Shown here: positions 14,879 through 25,258 of the stretch, piece by piece | Layout: each line of letters starts with the position of its first letter | How positions within the stretch are numbered: the first letter of the stretch is position 1 | Assembly: GCA_963728205.1 (NCBI GenBank) | Contig: CAVSIV010000006.1 | Location: forward strand, 1,248,001 to 1,312,000 | Length of the DNA: 64,000 bases | DNA from: an uncultured Chloroflexia bacterium | Lineage (GTDB): Bacteria > Chloroflexota > Dehalococcoidia > UBA2979 | Reading direction: 5' to 3' | The notes under the pieces: generated by a model | What the model saw: only the letters and a program-made list of their open reading frames with translations | Database searches by the model: none | Told to the model about the DNA's origin: nothing | Translations under genes and position numbers: made by a program

Positions 14879-15439
14879 ATGGTGACCGAGACCTACGTGC
14901 CGCGCATGCTCGCGCGCTACCGGGACGAGGTGGCGCCCGCGCTGCAGCGCGAGTTCGGCTACGCAAACGTGATGCAGACCCCGGCGCTGCAGAAGATTGC
15001 CGTGAACATCGGGCTCGGGGAGGCGATCGAGAACGCGAACGCGATCGACGGCGCCACGAAGGACCTGATGACGATCACCGGGCAGCGGCCGTACGTGCGG
15101 CGGGCCCGGCAGGCGATCTCGAACTTCAAACTGCGCATCGGGATGCCGATCGGCGTGTCGCTCACGCTGCGCGGCGCCCGCATGTGGGAGTTCTACGACC
15201 GGCTGGTGAACGCGTCGCTCCCGCGCGTCCGCGACTTCCGCGGCGTGCCCGACGACTCGTTCGACGGGCGCGGGAACTACTCGCTGGGGCTCACCGAGCA
15301 GGTGATCTTCCCGGAGGTCAGCTTCGACACGATCGACCGCGTGCGCGGGCTGCAGGTCAACATCGTGACCTCGGCGCGCACCGACGAAGAAGGCAAGCGG
15401 CTGCTCGAGTTGCTCGGCATGCCGTTCGTCCGGAGGTAG
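14879..15439 (+). CDS. rplE: 50S ribosomal protein L5
   Basis: [22 protein letters not shown]. Confidence 0.97.
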   Translation: MVTETYVPRMLARYRDEVAPALQREFGYANVMQTPALQKIAVNIGLGEAIENANAIDGATKDLMTITGQRPYVRRARQAISNFKLRIGMPIGVSLTLRGARMWEFYDRLVNASLPRVRDFRGVPDDSFDGRGNYSLGLTEQVIFPEVSFDTIDRVRGLQVNIVTSARTDEEGKRLLELLGMPFVRR

Positions 15440-15447
15440 GGCACGCG

Positions 15448-15651
15448 ATGGCGAAGAAGAGTCAGATCGCGAAGGCGAACCGGAAGCCCAAGTTCTCGAG
15501 CCGGGTGAAGAACCGCTGCCCGGTGGTGTGGGCGGACCGGCCGTGCGGGCGTGCTCGCGGGTTCATGCGGCGGTTCGGCATGTGCCGCATCTGCTTCCGC
15601 AAGCTGGCGAACGAGGGGAAGCTCCCCGGGGTGAAGAAGTCTTCGTGGTAG
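15448..15651 (+). CDS. rpsN: 30S ribosomal protein S14, short Zn-binding type
   Basis: MAKKSQ...NRC-x8-CGR...CRICFR...PGVKKSSW. Confidence 0.95.
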   Translation: MAKKSQIAKANRKPKFSSRVKNRCPVVWADRPCGRARGFMRRFGMCRICFRKLANEGKLPGVKKSSW

Positions 15652-15703
15652 CCGCGCAGCGACGGCGCTCGATGGAACCCACGAAGGAAGGCAGGCGTTC
15701 CGG

Positions 15704-16102
15704 ATGACGATGTCCGACCCCCTGGCTGACATGTTCACGCGCGTGCGCAACGCGGCGCTGGCGCGGCACGAGTCCGTGCGCGTGCCGAAGTCGAAGGTCA
15801 AGCGCGCGATCGCGGAGGTGCTCAGGCAAGAGGGGTTCATTCGCGATATCGGCGAGATCGAGGACGGGCCGCGGGCCTACCTCGAGTTGAAGCTCAGCTA
15901 CGGCGACGACCGGCGGGCGGTGCTCTCGGGCATCCGCCGCGTGTCGCGGCCCGGGCTGCGCGTGTACGTGAACAACCGCGAGATCCCGCGGGTCTTCGGA
16001 GGCCTGGGGGTCGCGATCATGAGCACGTCGAACGGCGTGATGTCGGGCCGCGAGGCCTGGCGCCGCCGCATCGGCGGCGAAGTGCTCTGCTACGTCTGGT
16101 AG
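15704..16102 (+). CDS. rpsH: 30S ribosomal protein S8
   Basis: [30 protein letters not shown]. Confidence 0.98.
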   Translation: MTMSDPLADMFTRVRNAALARHESVRVPKSKVKRAIAEVLRQEGFIRDIGEIEDGPRAYLELKLSYGDDRRAVLSGIRRVSRPGLRVYVNNREIPRVFGGLGVAIMSTSNGVMSGREAWRRRIGGEVLCYVW

Positions 16103-16111
16103 GACCGAACG

Positions 16112-16648
16112 ATGTCGCGAGTAGGGAAGAAGCCGATCCCCGTGCCCGCCGGCGTCGAGGTGGCCGTCGACGGTCACCAGTGCCGGGTGAAGGGCCCGAA
16201 GGGACAGCTCGAGCAGGAGTTGCACCCGGCGGTGCGTGTCAGCGTGGACGACGGCCACGTCGTGGTCACGCGCAGCACGAACCAGCCGGAGGACCGCGCG
16301 CTGCACGGGCTGACGCGCGCGCTGATCCAGAACATGGTGACCGGCGTGACGGACGGGTTCCGCAAGTCGCTGGAGCTGCAGGGCACGGGCTACCGCGCGC
16401 AGCTCCAGGGCTCGAACCTCGTGCTGAGCGTCGGCTACTCGCACCCGGTGGAGATGCAGCCGCTGGACGGCGCCGCCTTCGAGGTGGAGTCGCCGACGCT
16501 GCTGCACGTGTCGGGCATCGACAAGCAAGTCGTGGGCCAGCAGGCCGCGCTGGTCCGCCGCGTGCGGCCGCCCGAGCCCTACCACGGCAAGGGCATCCGC
16601 TACCGCGGCGAGGTCGTGAAGCTCAAGGCCGGGAAGTCGAAGGCGTAA
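16112..16648 (+). CDS. rplF: 50S ribosomal protein L6
   Basis: [20 protein letters not shown]. Confidence 0.98.
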   Translation: MSRVGKKPIPVPAGVEVAVDGHQCRVKGPKGQLEQELHPAVRVSVDDGHVVVTRSTNQPEDRALHGLTRALIQNMVTGVTDGFRKSLELQGTGYRAQLQGSNLVLSVGYSHPVEMQPLDGAAFEVESPTLLHVSGIDKQVVGQQAALVRRVRPPEPYHGKGIRYRGEVVKLKAGKSKA

Positions 16649-16650
16649 GG

Positions 16651-17010
16651 ATGTCGACGAAGCAGACCCCATACGCCAGCCGGCTGCGCCGGCACACGCG
16701 CGTCCGCCGCAAGGTGGCCGGCACGCCGGAGCGCCCGCGGCTGGCGGTGTTCCGCTCGAACCAGCACATCTACGCGCAGGTCATCGACGACCGCGCGGGC
16801 CGCACGCTGGCGCACGCGTCGGACGCGGAAGCGGACCTGCGCGCGGGCGGCAGCAAGACCGAGCGGGCGCAGGCCGTGGGCAAGCGCCTCGCCGACCGCG
16901 CGAAGCAAGCCGGGATCGAGACGGTGGTCTTCGACCGCGGCGGCTTCCGCTACGCGGGCCGCGTGCGCGCGCTCGCCGATGCGGCGCGCGAGGAAGGGCT
17001 GGTGTTCTGA
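16651..17010 (+). CDS. rplR: 50S ribosomal protein L18
   Basis: [34 protein letters not shown]. Confidence 0.97.
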   Translation: MSTKQTPYASRLRRHTRVRRKVAGTPERPRLAVFRSNQHIYAQVIDDRAGRTLAHASDAEADLRAGGSKTERAQAVGKRLADRAKQAGIETVVFDRGGFRYAGRVRALADAAREEGLVF

Positions 17011-17549
17011 TGGTCCAGGACCGCCGCGGCGGCCGGGAGTCGCGTCGTGATCGCCGTCGGGGCGACGACGACGGCGCCCCGGAGCTCATCGAGAAGGTCG
17101 TCTACATCAACCGTGTCGCGAAGGTCGTCAAGGGTGGCCGGCGCTTCTCGTTCACCGCGATCGTGGTGGTCGGCGACGGGCAGGGTCGCGTCGGCTTCGG
17201 CATGGGCCGCGCGAACGAGGTGCCGGAGGCCATCCGCAAGGGCGGCGTGATCGCGCGACGCTCGATGTTCAAGGTGCCGATGCGCAACGGCACGATCGTG
17301 CACGACCTCAGCGCGACCTTCAAGGCGTCGCGCGTGATCCTGCGCCCGGCGTCGCCGGGCACGGGGATGATCGCCGGCGGCGCGGTGCGCGCGGTGATGG
17401 AGGCCGCGGGCATCTCCGACGTGCTGACGAAGTCGCTGGGCTCGAACAACCCGGTGAATGTCGTGCGCGCGACGATCGACGGCCTGCGCTCGCTGCGCAT
17501 CCCCGAGGACGTGCGGCGCCGGCGCCTGGCCCTGGTGGAAGGCGCGTGA
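17010..17549 (+). CDS. rpsE: 30S ribosomal protein S5
   Basis: [25 protein letters not shown]. Confidence 0.98.
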   Translation: MVQDRRGGRESRRDRRRGDDDGAPELIEKVVYINRVAKVVKGGRRFSFTAIVVVGDGQGRVGFGMGRANEVPEAIRKGGVIARRSMFKVPMRNGTIVHDLSATFKASRVILRPASPGTGMIAGGAVRAVMEAAGISDVLTKSLGSNNPVNVVRATIDGLRSLRIPEDVRRRRLALVEGA

Positions 17550-17737
17550 CGATGGCTGCGAAGCTGCGCATCACCTGGGTGAAGTCTGGCATCGGATACG
17601 CGAAGGATCAGAAGGCGACGCTGCGCGCGCTGGGGCTGCGCCGGCTGCACCACACCGTGGAGCACGAGGACACGCGGTCGATCCGCGGGATGGCGCACAA
17701 GGTCGCGCACCTCGTCTCCGTCGAGGAGGTTTCGTAG
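17546..17737 (+). CDS. rpmD: 50S ribosomal protein L30
   Basis: [30 protein letters not shown]. Confidence 0.96.
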   Translation: MTMAAKLRITWVKSGIGYAKDQKATLRALGLRRLHHTVEHEDTRSIRGMAHKVAHLVSVEEVS

Positions 17738-17738
17738 C

Positions 17739-18269
17739 GTGGACCAGCACTCCCTCCGTCCGCCCAAGGGCGCGAAGCGCGCGCCGAAGCGTCTCGGCCG
17801 CGGCAACGCGTCCGGCACGGGCACGTACGCGGGCCGAGGCCGCAAGGGCCAGAACGCGCGCGGCGGCGTCCGGCCGGGGTTCGAGAGCGGACACCTCTCG
17901 ATGATGCGCCGGCTGCCCCACCTGCGCGGGTTCAAGAACCCGACGCGCGTGGAGTTCCAGGCGGTCAACCTCTCCGATCTCGAGCGCGTGTTCGAGGCCG
18001 GCGCCACCGTCGACGCCGACAGCCTGGCCGCCGCGCGGCTGATCGACGGCGCCAGAGAGCCGTACAAGGTGCTGGGACGCGGTGAGCTGTCGAAGGCGCT
18101 GACCGTGCGCGCGCCGCGGCTCTCCGAGACGGCGAAGCAGGCGATCACCGCGGCGGGCGGCTCGTTCGACGAGCTCGCGCCTGCGGTGCGCCGCCAGCGC
18201 AACCGCGTTCACCTGCGCAACCGGGCCGCCGCGGCGGCGCCGGCGGCGCCGGCAGAGCAGGGCGCGTAG
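17739..18269 (+). CDS. rplO: 50S ribosomal protein L15
   Basis: RLGRGNASGTG, GRGRKGQNAR, KVLGRG. Confidence 0.96.
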   Translation: MDQHSLRPPKGAKRAPKRLGRGNASGTGTYAGRGRKGQNARGGVRPGFESGHLSMMRRLPHLRGFKNPTRVEFQAVNLSDLERVFEAGATVDADSLAAARLIDGAREPYKVLGRGELSKALTVRAPRLSETAKQAITAAGGSFDELAPAVRRQRNRVHLRNRAAAAAPAAPAEQGA

Positions 18270-18292
18270 GCCCGGACGAGGCACAGGCGAAG

Positions 18293-19636
18293 ATGGCGCA
18301 ACGCACCGCCCCGGCGAAGAGCAACCGCCCGCAGCTCCTGCAGGCGGGTATCGACGCGTTCAAGCAGCCCGACGTTCGCGGCAAGCTGCTGTTCACGATC
18401 GCGATGCTGCTCATCTTCCGGTTCGTCGCGCACGTGCCGGTGCCCGGTGTCGACCGTGCAGCACTGGCGCGCACGTTCGACAACAACGCGATCCTCGGGT
18501 TCCTGAACATCTTCTCGGGCGGCGCGCTGCAGAACCTCTCGGTCGCGGCGCTCGGCGTGTACCCGTACATCACGGCGCAGATCGTGATGCAGCTGGCGAC
18601 GCCGCTGATCCCGCGCCTGCAGTCGCTGTCGGAAGAGGGCGAGTCGGGCCAGAACCGCATCAACCTCTACACCACGTGGATGACCGTGCCCCTGGCTGCG
18701 TTCCAGGGCTACGCGCAGCTGCTGCTGATCCAGCAGCTCGGCGGCATCACGAACATCGGCTTCACGGGGACGAACGCGCTCCCGACCATCGCGACGATCT
18801 TCTCGCTCATCGCCGGGACGATGTTCCTCGTCTGGCTCGGCGAGCTGATCTCGGAGCGCGGCATCGGGAACGGCGTGTCGCTGATCATTCTCGGCGGCAT
18901 CGTGGCGCGACTGCCGTCGATGATCGGCAGCGGGGTGATGACCGGCACGGGTGCGGCCATCCAGGGGCTGCTGCTGCTGAGCGGCATCACCATCGCCGTG
19001 ATCGCGTTCATCGTGATCTTCCAGGAGGCGACGCGGCGCATCCCGGTGCAGTACGCGCGATCGACGTTCCGCGGCGGGCGCATGTACCGGCAGCAGGGGC
19101 AGTCCTACCTGCCGCTGCGTGTGAACAGCGCCGGCATGATCCCGCTGATCTTCGCGATCTCGATCATGATCTTCCCGCCCGTCGTGGCGCAGTTCGTGGC
19201 GACGACGGTGGACGTCGGCTGGCTGGCGAGCATGGCGCGGTTCTTCCAGACCGCGTTCTCGCCGACGGGCCTGCTCTACTGGGCCGGCACGTTCGTGCTG
19301 GTCATGGTGTTCACGTTCTTCTACACGATGGTCGTGTTCTCGCAGCAGAACCTGGCCGAGAACCTGCAACGGCAGGGCGGCTTCATCCCCGGCATCCGGC
19401 CGGGGCGGCCGACGCAGGAGTACATCACGCGCGTCCTCGTGCGCATCACCTGGGGCGGCGCGATCTTCCTCGGTATCGTGTCGGTGATTCCGTACTTCGC
19501 CACCGCGCTGACGAGCGTGCAGGCGCTGCGCATCAGCGCCGCCGGCCTGCTGATCGTGGTCGGCGTGGTGATCGACACGATGCGGCAAGTCGAGGCGCAG
19601 ATGAACATGCGCAACTACGAGGGGTTCATCACCTGA
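18293..19636 (+). CDS. secY: Preprotein translocase subunit SecY
   Basis: ALGVYPYITAQI, GIGNGVSLII, FIPGIRPG; about 10 hydrophobic segments. Confidence 0.98.
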   Translation: MAQRTAPAKSNRPQLLQAGIDAFKQPDVRGKLLFTIAMLLIFRFVAHVPVPGVDRAALARTFDNNAILGFLNIFSGGALQNLSVAALGVYPYITAQIVMQLATPLIPRLQSLSEEGESGQNRINLYTTWMTVPLAAFQGYAQLLLIQQLGGITNIGFTGTNALPTIATIFSLIAGTMFLVWLGELISERGIGNGVSLIILGGIVARLPSMIGSGVMTGTGAAIQGLLLLSGITIAVIAFIVIFQEATRRIPVQYARSTFRGGRMYRQQGQSYLPLRVNSAGMIPLIFAISIMIFPPVVAQFVATTVDVGWLASMARFFQTAFSPTGLLYWAGTFVLVMVFTFFYTMVVFSQQNLAENLQRQGGFIPGIRPGRPTQEYITRVLVRITWGGAIFLGIVSVIPYFATALTSVQALRISAAGLLIVVGVVIDTMRQVEAQMNMRNYEGFIT

Positions 19637-20307
19637 TGCGGCTCATTCTGCTCGGGCTGCCGGGTGCCGGGAAGGGCACGCAGGCCAGGGTGCTCGCCGA
19701 GCGCCACGGGCTGCTGCACATCTCGACCGGCGACATGTTCCGCCAGGCAGCGGCCGAGGGCACCGACCTCGGCAAGCGCGCCCAGGAGTACATGTCGCAC
19801 GGCGAGCTCGTGCCCGACGAGGTGACGATCGGGATGCTGCTGGAGCGCATCGCGAAACCGGACGCCGAGTCCGGCTTCATGCTCGACGGCTTCCCGCGCA
19901 CGATCCCGCAGGCGGAGGCGCTCGACCGCGCGCTCGACGAGCGCAGCGGCGGCATCGACGCGGTGCTCTACATCCGGGTGCCCGAGGACCTGCTGATGGC
20001 ACGTCTGACCGGCCGCTGGAGCTGCCCGCAGTGCGGCGCGATCTACCACGAGCTGACGAACCCGCCGAAGCAGCCTCGGGTCTGCGACCGTTGCGGCTCG
20101 ACGCTGACGCAGCGCGACGACGACCGTCCAGAGACCGTGCAGGCACGGCTCGATACCAACCGCGAGTGGACCGAGGCGCTCGCGCGCTACTACGACGCGC
20201 AGGGCAAGCTGCGCGAGGTGGACGGCACGGGAGAGCCCGACGAGGTCACCGCGCGCCTGGAGGGCGCGCTCGGCAGTGCAGACAGCGGTGCGATGGGCGT
20301 AACATAG
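19636..20307 (+). CDS. adk: Adenylate kinase (Zn-lid type)
   Basis: GLPGAGKGTQA, LDGFPRT, CPQC..CDRC lid. Confidence 0.97.
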   Translation: MRLILLGLPGAGKGTQARVLAERHGLLHISTGDMFRQAAAEGTDLGKRAQEYMSHGELVPDEVTIGMLLERIAKPDAESGFMLDGFPRTIPQAEALDRALDERSGGIDAVLYIRVPEDLLMARLTGRWSCPQCGAIYHELTNPPKQPRVCDRCGSTLTQRDDDRPETVQARLDTNREWTEALARYYDAQGKLREVDGTGEPDEVTARLEGALGSADSGAMGVT

Positions 20308-20308
20308 A

Positions 20309-21070
20309 ATGTCCGTCGTCATTAAATCCGAGTCTGAGCTCGAGGTGATGCGGCAGGCGGGCCGGATCAACGCCGAGGTGCGCGCGCTGCTGCGCGATGC
20401 CGTGGCGCCCGGCGTGACCGGCACCGAGCTCGACCAGCTCGCCCGACGGGCGATCGCGGAGCGCGACGCGGAGCCGACGTTCATCGGCTATGCGCCGCAC
20501 GGGAAGCCCCCATATCCCGGGGCGATCTGCTTCTCGGTGAACGAGCAGCTGGTGCACGGGATTCCGACGGGCCGGGTACTGAAAGAGGGAGACATCGTCA
20601 GCATCGACCTCGGCGTGACCTACGGGGGATACGTCTCGGACGCCGCGTTCACCGCTCCCGTCGGGAGGGTGAGCGAGGAGGCGCTCGAGTTGATGCGCGT
20701 TACCGAGGAGTCGCTCTGGAAGGGCATCGAAGTCGTCCGCGCGGGCAACCACGTCGGCGACATCGCGTATGCCATCGGGAGCCACGCCGGTCGCTACGGT
20801 GTCATCGCCGACTACGGCGGACACGGGGTCGGGCGACAGATGCACGAGGAGCCCCACATTCCAAACAAGGGGCGCCCGGGCACCGGCCACAAACTGAAGG
20901 CAGGGATGGTCCTCGCGCTGGAGCCGATGTTCAGCATCGGCCACCCGGCGACGGTGGAGGAGGCGGATCGCTGGACGGTTCGCATGCGTGACGGGAGCCT
21001 GTCGGCTCACTTCGAGGAGACCGTTGCGATCACCGAGGCCGGCCCGGAAGTCCTCACCCGCATCGCATAG
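20309..21070 (+). CDS. map: Methionine aminopeptidase type I
   Basis: [29 protein letters not shown]. Confidence 0.97.
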   Translation: MSVVIKSESELEVMRQAGRINAEVRALLRDAVAPGVTGTELDQLARRAIAERDAEPTFIGYAPHGKPPYPGAICFSVNEQLVHGIPTGRVLKEGDIVSIDLGVTYGGYVSDAAFTAPVGRVSEEALELMRVTEESLWKGIEVVRAGNHVGDIAYAIGSHAGRYGVIADYGGHGVGRQMHEEPHIPNKGRPGTGHKLKAGMVLALEPMFSIGHPATVEEADRWTVRMRDGSLSAHFEETVAITEAGPEVLTRIA

Positions 21071-21087
21071 GGCGGGAGGAGCGCACC

Positions 21088-21339
21088 ATGGGACGAAGTC
21101 GCGGACCGCGCGAGAAGCGCGAAAAGAAGAAAGAGGTCATCGAGGTCGAGGGGATCGTGCGCGAAGCGCGACCGAACGCCATGTTCGACGTCGAGCTCGC
21201 GAACGGGCACCACGTGCTGGCGGGGATCTCGGGACGGATGCGGCTGCACTACATCCGCATCCTGCTCGGAGACCGGGTGCTGGTGGAACTCAGCCCGTAC
21301 GACCTCAGTCGTGGACGGATCACGTATCGCTTCCGATAG
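21088..21339 (+). CDS. infA: Translation initiation factor IF-1
   Basis: [29 protein letters not shown]. Confidence 0.97.
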   Translation: MGRSRGPREKREKKKEVIEVEGIVREARPNAMFDVELANGHHVLAGISGRMRLHYIRILLGDRVLVELSPYDLSRGRITYRFR

Positions 21340-21363
21340 GGAGTGTGGCGGGAAGCACGAGCG

Positions 21364-21477
21364 ATGAAGGTATCGGCATCCATCAAGAAGCGGTGCGACA
21401 AGTGCCAGATCATCCGGCGTCATGGGACGTTGCGGGTGATCTGCTCGAACAAGCGCCACAAGCAGCGCCAGGGCTAA
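21364..21477 (+). CDS. rpmJ: 50S ribosomal protein L36 (not in the ORF track)
   Basis: [37 protein letters not shown]. Confidence 0.97.
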   Translation: MKVSASIKKRCDKCQIIRRHGTLRVICSNKRHKQRQG

Positions 21478-21497
21478 GGCAAGGCTAGGAGGCCGCG

Positions 21498-21878
21498 ATG
21501 GCACGTATCGCGGGTGTGGACATTCCGCGCGACAAGCAGGTGCTCTTCTCGTTGCCGTATATCTACGGCGTCGGGCGGCCCACCGCGCTGAAGGTGCTGG
21601 CGCAGACGAACATCGCGCCGGAGACGATGACGCGCGACCTGACGGACGACGAGGTCCTGCGGCTGCGCGCGGTGATCGAGGGCGAGCACGTGGTCGAGGG
21701 CGACCTGCGCCGCGAGATCCGCCAGAACATCCAGCGGCTGATCGAGATCAACTGCTACCGCGGGCAGCGGCACCGCCGCGGTCTGCCGGTGCGCGGCCAG
21801 CGCACGAAGACGAACGCACGCACGCGCCGCGGGGCGCGCCGCACGGTGGCCGGCAAGCGCCGGGCCGCGCGCAAGTAG
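21498..21878 (+). CDS. rpsM: 30S ribosomal protein S13
   Basis: [23 protein letters not shown]. Confidence 0.98.
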   Translation: MARIAGVDIPRDKQVLFSLPYIYGVGRPTALKVLAQTNIAPETMTRDLTDDEVLRLRAVIEGEHVVEGDLRREIRQNIQRLIEINCYRGQRHRRGLPVRGQRTKTNARTRRGARRTVAGKRRAARK

Positions 21879-21899
21879 CGGGTACGGGGAGCGACGCAG

Positions 21900-22298
21900 A
21901 TGGGTCGATCACGACAGTCCTCGACACGAGCGCGACGGCGCGAGCGGAAGAACGTGCCGCGCGGGCGCGCGTACGTGCGGTCGACGTTCAACAACACGAT
22001 CGTCACGATCACCGATCCGAACGGCAACGTGCTGTCGTGGGGCAGCGGTGGTGCCGCCGGGTTCACCGGCTCGCGCAAGAGCACGCCCTACGCCGCGCAG
22101 ATCGCGGCGGAGGGTGCGGCGCAGCGCGCGATGGAGCACGGCCTGCGCGAGGTCGAGGTCTTCGTGAAGGGTCCCGGCCCGGGCCGCGAGGCGGCGATTC
22201 GTGCGCTCTCGTCCGTGGGCGTGCGCGTCACCGCGATCCGCGACGTCACCCCGATCCCGCATAACGGCTGCCGCCCGCGCCGCCGGCCCCGGACGTAG
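21900..22298 (+). CDS. rpsK: 30S ribosomal protein S11
   Basis: [23 protein letters not shown]. Confidence 0.98.
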   Translation: MGRSRQSSTRARRRERKNVPRGRAYVRSTFNNTIVTITDPNGNVLSWGSGGAAGFTGSRKSTPYAAQIAAEGAAQRAMEHGLREVEVFVKGPGPGREAAIRALSSVGVRVTAIRDVTPIPHNGCRPRRRPRT

Positions 22299-22314
22299 GA
22301 GGAAGCGAGAACCG

Positions 22315-22923
22315 ATGGCCCGATACACCGGACCCAAGTGCCGGAAGTGCCGCCGCTATGGCGTCTCGCTGTGCGGGAAGGCTCGCTGCGCGCTCACGCG
22401 CCGGCAGAACCCGCCCGGCCCGCGCCCGCTCCGGCGGCGGAAGATTTCCGACCGCGGCATGCAGCTGATCGAGAAGCAGAAGGTGCGCTTCGCGTACGGC
22501 CTGATGGAGGCGCAGTTCAAGCGCTACTACGAGGAAGCCTCGCAGAAGCAGGGCGTCACCACGGATCTGCTGATGCAGTCCCTGGAGACGCGCCTCGACA
22601 ACGTCGTCTACCGCCTGGGCTTCGCGTCGACGCGGGCACAGGCGCGGCAGCTCGTGACTCACGGGCACGTCGCGGTGGACGGGCGCAAGCTCGACGTCGC
22701 GAGCGTGCGTGTGAAGCAGGGCCAGGAGATCGCGCTGACCCCGCGCGGGCGCCGTTCGGAGTACGCCAAGATCCTCGTCGAGGAGATCAAGAGCCGGGAC
22801 GTCCCGGGATGGCTCGAGATCGACCGTCCGGGGCTCAAGGGGCGCGTTGCCGCGCTGCCGGGCCACGGCGACTGGGAGGCGTACTTCAACCCCAACGCGA
22901 TCGTTGAGTACTACTCGCGATAA
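22315..22923 (+). CDS. rpsD: 30S ribosomal protein S4
   Basis: [29 protein letters not shown]. Confidence 0.98.
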   Translation: MARYTGPKCRKCRRYGVSLCGKARCALTRRQNPPGPRPLRRRKISDRGMQLIEKQKVRFAYGLMEAQFKRYYEEASQKQGVTTDLLMQSLETRLDNVVYRLGFASTRAQARQLVTHGHVAVDGRKLDVASVRVKQGQEIALTPRGRRSEYAKILVEEIKSRDVPGWLEIDRPGLKGRVAALPGHGDWEAYFNPNAIVEYYSR

Positions 22924-22968
22924 GCGAGAATCGCCGTCCTTCGCAGCGAAGGGCGTGAGAGGTGTCTC

Positions 22969-24069
22969 TTGGCTGACCTGCTGAAACCAGAGATTCGCAT
23001 CGAGACGGAAGAGGCGGACTACGCGCACCTGGTCGCGGAGCCGCTGGAGCCCGGCTTCGGCACCACCATGGGGAACGCCCTGCGGCGGGTGCTGCTGTCG
23101 TCGCTCTCCGGCGCGGCGATCACCTCCGTGCGCATCGAAGGCGTGGAGCACGAGTTCTCCACCGTGGAAGGCATGAAGGAGGACATCACCGAGTTCCTCC
23201 TGAACCTGAAGGAAGTGCGCCTTCGGGCGTTCTCGGACCGCCCTGCGCGACTCTTCCTCGAGGCGTCGGGCGACGGCGAGGTGACCGCCGGCCAGATCCA
23301 GACCACGGCCGACTACGAGGTCGTGAACCCGGAGTTGCACCTGGCGTGGCTCAACGGCAAGGACGCATCGCTGGTCGTCGACATCAACGTCGAGACCGGG
23401 CGGGGCTACCTGCCGGCGACGATGAGCGAGGGCATGCCGATCGGCGTGATCCCGGTCGACGCGCTGTTCACGCCGGTGCGGCGCGTGAACTACAAGGTGT
23501 CGAATACCCGCGTGGGCCAGGACACGAACTACGACAGCCTCGACCTCGAGGTCTGGACGGACGGCACCCTGGGCGGCGCGCAGGCCGTGGCGATGGCCGC
23601 GGAGTTGGTGCGCGACCAGATGCTGGGGTTCCAGTTGCTGGGCCGACCGGAAGCGGTCGAAGAGCCGGCCGCCGCGCACGAGCAGGCGCCGTTCGAGGGG
23701 TACGACACGCCCATCGAGCAGCTCGACCTGTCGGTGCGCGCGTACAACTGCCTGAAGCGATCCGGGCTGATGACCGTCGGTGCCGTCCTCGAGAAGTCCG
23801 AGGAGGAGCTGCTGGCGCTGCGCAACTTCGGGGAGAAGTCGTACCTCGAGCTGCGCGACAAGCTCGTCGAGCACGGCTTCCCGGCCCCGCGCGTGGACAC
23901 GCGACGCGGGAGCCCCGTGGGCGTGGGCGGACTCCGCGAGGAGGCTGCCGACGAGGAAGACGAGCGCGAAGAGCCGGCCGCGCCCTCCGGGGACGGCGAC
24001 GAGGTCGGCGCACTCGGCGCCGCACTGATGGAAGCGTTGAAGGAAGCCGGTCGGGCCGACCGGGAGTAG
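22969..24069 (+). CDS. rpoA: RNA polymerase alpha subunit
   Basis: EPLEPGFGTTMGNALRRVLLSS, LSVRAYNCLKR, RNFGEKS; TTG start. Confidence 0.97.
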   Translation: MADLLKPEIRIETEEADYAHLVAEPLEPGFGTTMGNALRRVLLSSLSGAAITSVRIEGVEHEFSTVEGMKEDITEFLLNLKEVRLRAFSDRPARLFLEASGDGEVTAGQIQTTADYEVVNPELHLAWLNGKDASLVVDINVETGRGYLPATMSEGMPIGVIPVDALFTPVRRVNYKVSNTRVGQDTNYDSLDLEVWTDGTLGGAQAVAMAAELVRDQMLGFQLLGRPEAVEEPAAAHEQAPFEGYDTPIEQLDLSVRAYNCLKRSGLMTVGAVLEKSEEELLALRNFGEKSYLELRDKLVEHGFPAPRVDTRRGSPVGVGGLREEAADEEDEREEPAAPSGDGDEVGALGAALMEALKEAGRADRE

Positions 24070-24096
24070 CCGGGTCCCGACGGGGGAGAGATCCAG

Positions 24097-24447
24097 ATGC
24101 GACATCGCAAGGCCGGACGACGTTTCGACATGGACACGTCCCAGCGGCTGTCCATGTTCCGCAACATCACGACCGCGGTGCTCGCGCACGGCGGTGTGGA
24201 GACGACGGAGCCGCGGGCGAAGGAAGCGCGGCGCTTCGTCGAGCACATGATCACGCTCGGCAAGCGCGGCACGCTGCACGCGCGGCGCCAGGCGCTCGCG
24301 TACGTCTACGATCCGCACGTCGTGGATCGCCTGTTCGACGAGATCGCGCTGAAGTACGCGGACCGTCCGGGCGGCTACACGCGCGTCGTGAAGCTGGGCC
24401 CCCGCCTCGGTGACGCGGCGCCCGCAGCGCGGCTCGAGCTGGTCTAG
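24097..24447 (+). CDS. rplQ: 50S ribosomal protein L17
   Basis: [18 protein letters not shown]. Confidence 0.97.
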   Translation: MRHRKAGRRFDMDTSQRLSMFRNITTAVLAHGGVETTEPRAKEARRFVEHMITLGKRGTLHARRQALAYVYDPHVVDRLFDEIALKYADRPGGYTRVVKLGPRLGDAAPAARLELV

Positions 24448-24481
24448 CGCGACGGGCCGGCAGCCATCGGGAGCGTGCGCC

Positions 24482-25258
24482 ATGCGGCGGCTCGCGCTGC
24501 TGTTGGAATACGACGGGACGGACTTCGCCGGGTCGCAGTCCCAGCGAGCGACGCGCACGGTGCAGGACACCGTGGAGGCGGCAATCGCGGAGTTCACCGG
24601 CGAGCGGCGACGGGTGGCCTTCGCAGGCCGCACGGACGCCGGGGTGCACGCCACGGGTCAGGTGGTCGCCCTCGATACCGAGGCGGCGCACGACCCGGCC
24701 ACGTGGCGGGACGCGCTGAACCACTTCCTCCCGGAGGACGTGGTGGTGCGCGAGATCGCGGAGGTGGGTGACCGCTTCGACCCGCGTCGGCACGCGACGT
24801 CGAGGTGCTACCGGTACCGCGTGGAGGACGGTCGCGGCCGGTCGCCCCTCGGGCGGCGCGCCGCTTGGCAGGTGCCGCGCCGGCTGGACGCGGCGGTGAT
24901 GGCGGAGGCGGCGGCCCGGCTGCCGCGGACGCCGACGGACTGGTCCGCGTTCTGCGGGCCCGTCGCGGAGGGATATTCGACGGTGCGCACCCTCGCGCGC
25001 TGCGACGTGCAGCGCTGCGGGCCGGGCGCGATGACCGTCGTGGTGGAGGCAGGCGGCTTCCTGCCGCACCAGGTGCGCCGCACGGTCGGCGCGCTGGAGC
25101 GCGTGGGGAGTGGCCGGATGAGCGCGGAGGCGTTCGCGGCGCTGGTCGAGGGCCCACCGGGCTCCGCCGGCCCGGCCGCGCCGCCGCAAGGATTGACGCT
25201 GGTCGCCGTGCGTTACCCGCCCGGCACGCTCGACTGGGAGACGGGAACGGAACGATGA
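24482..25258 (+). CDS. truA: tRNA pseudouridine(38-40) synthase
   Basis: EYDGTDF, AGRTDAGVHATGQV, AAPPQGLTL. Confidence 0.95.
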   Translation: MRRLALLLEYDGTDFAGSQSQRATRTVQDTVEAAIAEFTGERRRVAFAGRTDAGVHATGQVVALDTEAAHDPATWRDALNHFLPEDVVVREIAEVGDRFDPRRHATSRCYRYRVEDGRGRSPLGRRAAWQVPRRLDAAVMAEAAARLPRTPTDWSAFCGPVAEGYSTVRTLARCDVQRCGPGAMTVVVEAGGFLPHQVRRTVGALERVGSGRMSAEAFAALVEGPPGSAGPAAPPQGLTLVAVRYPPGTLDWETGTER

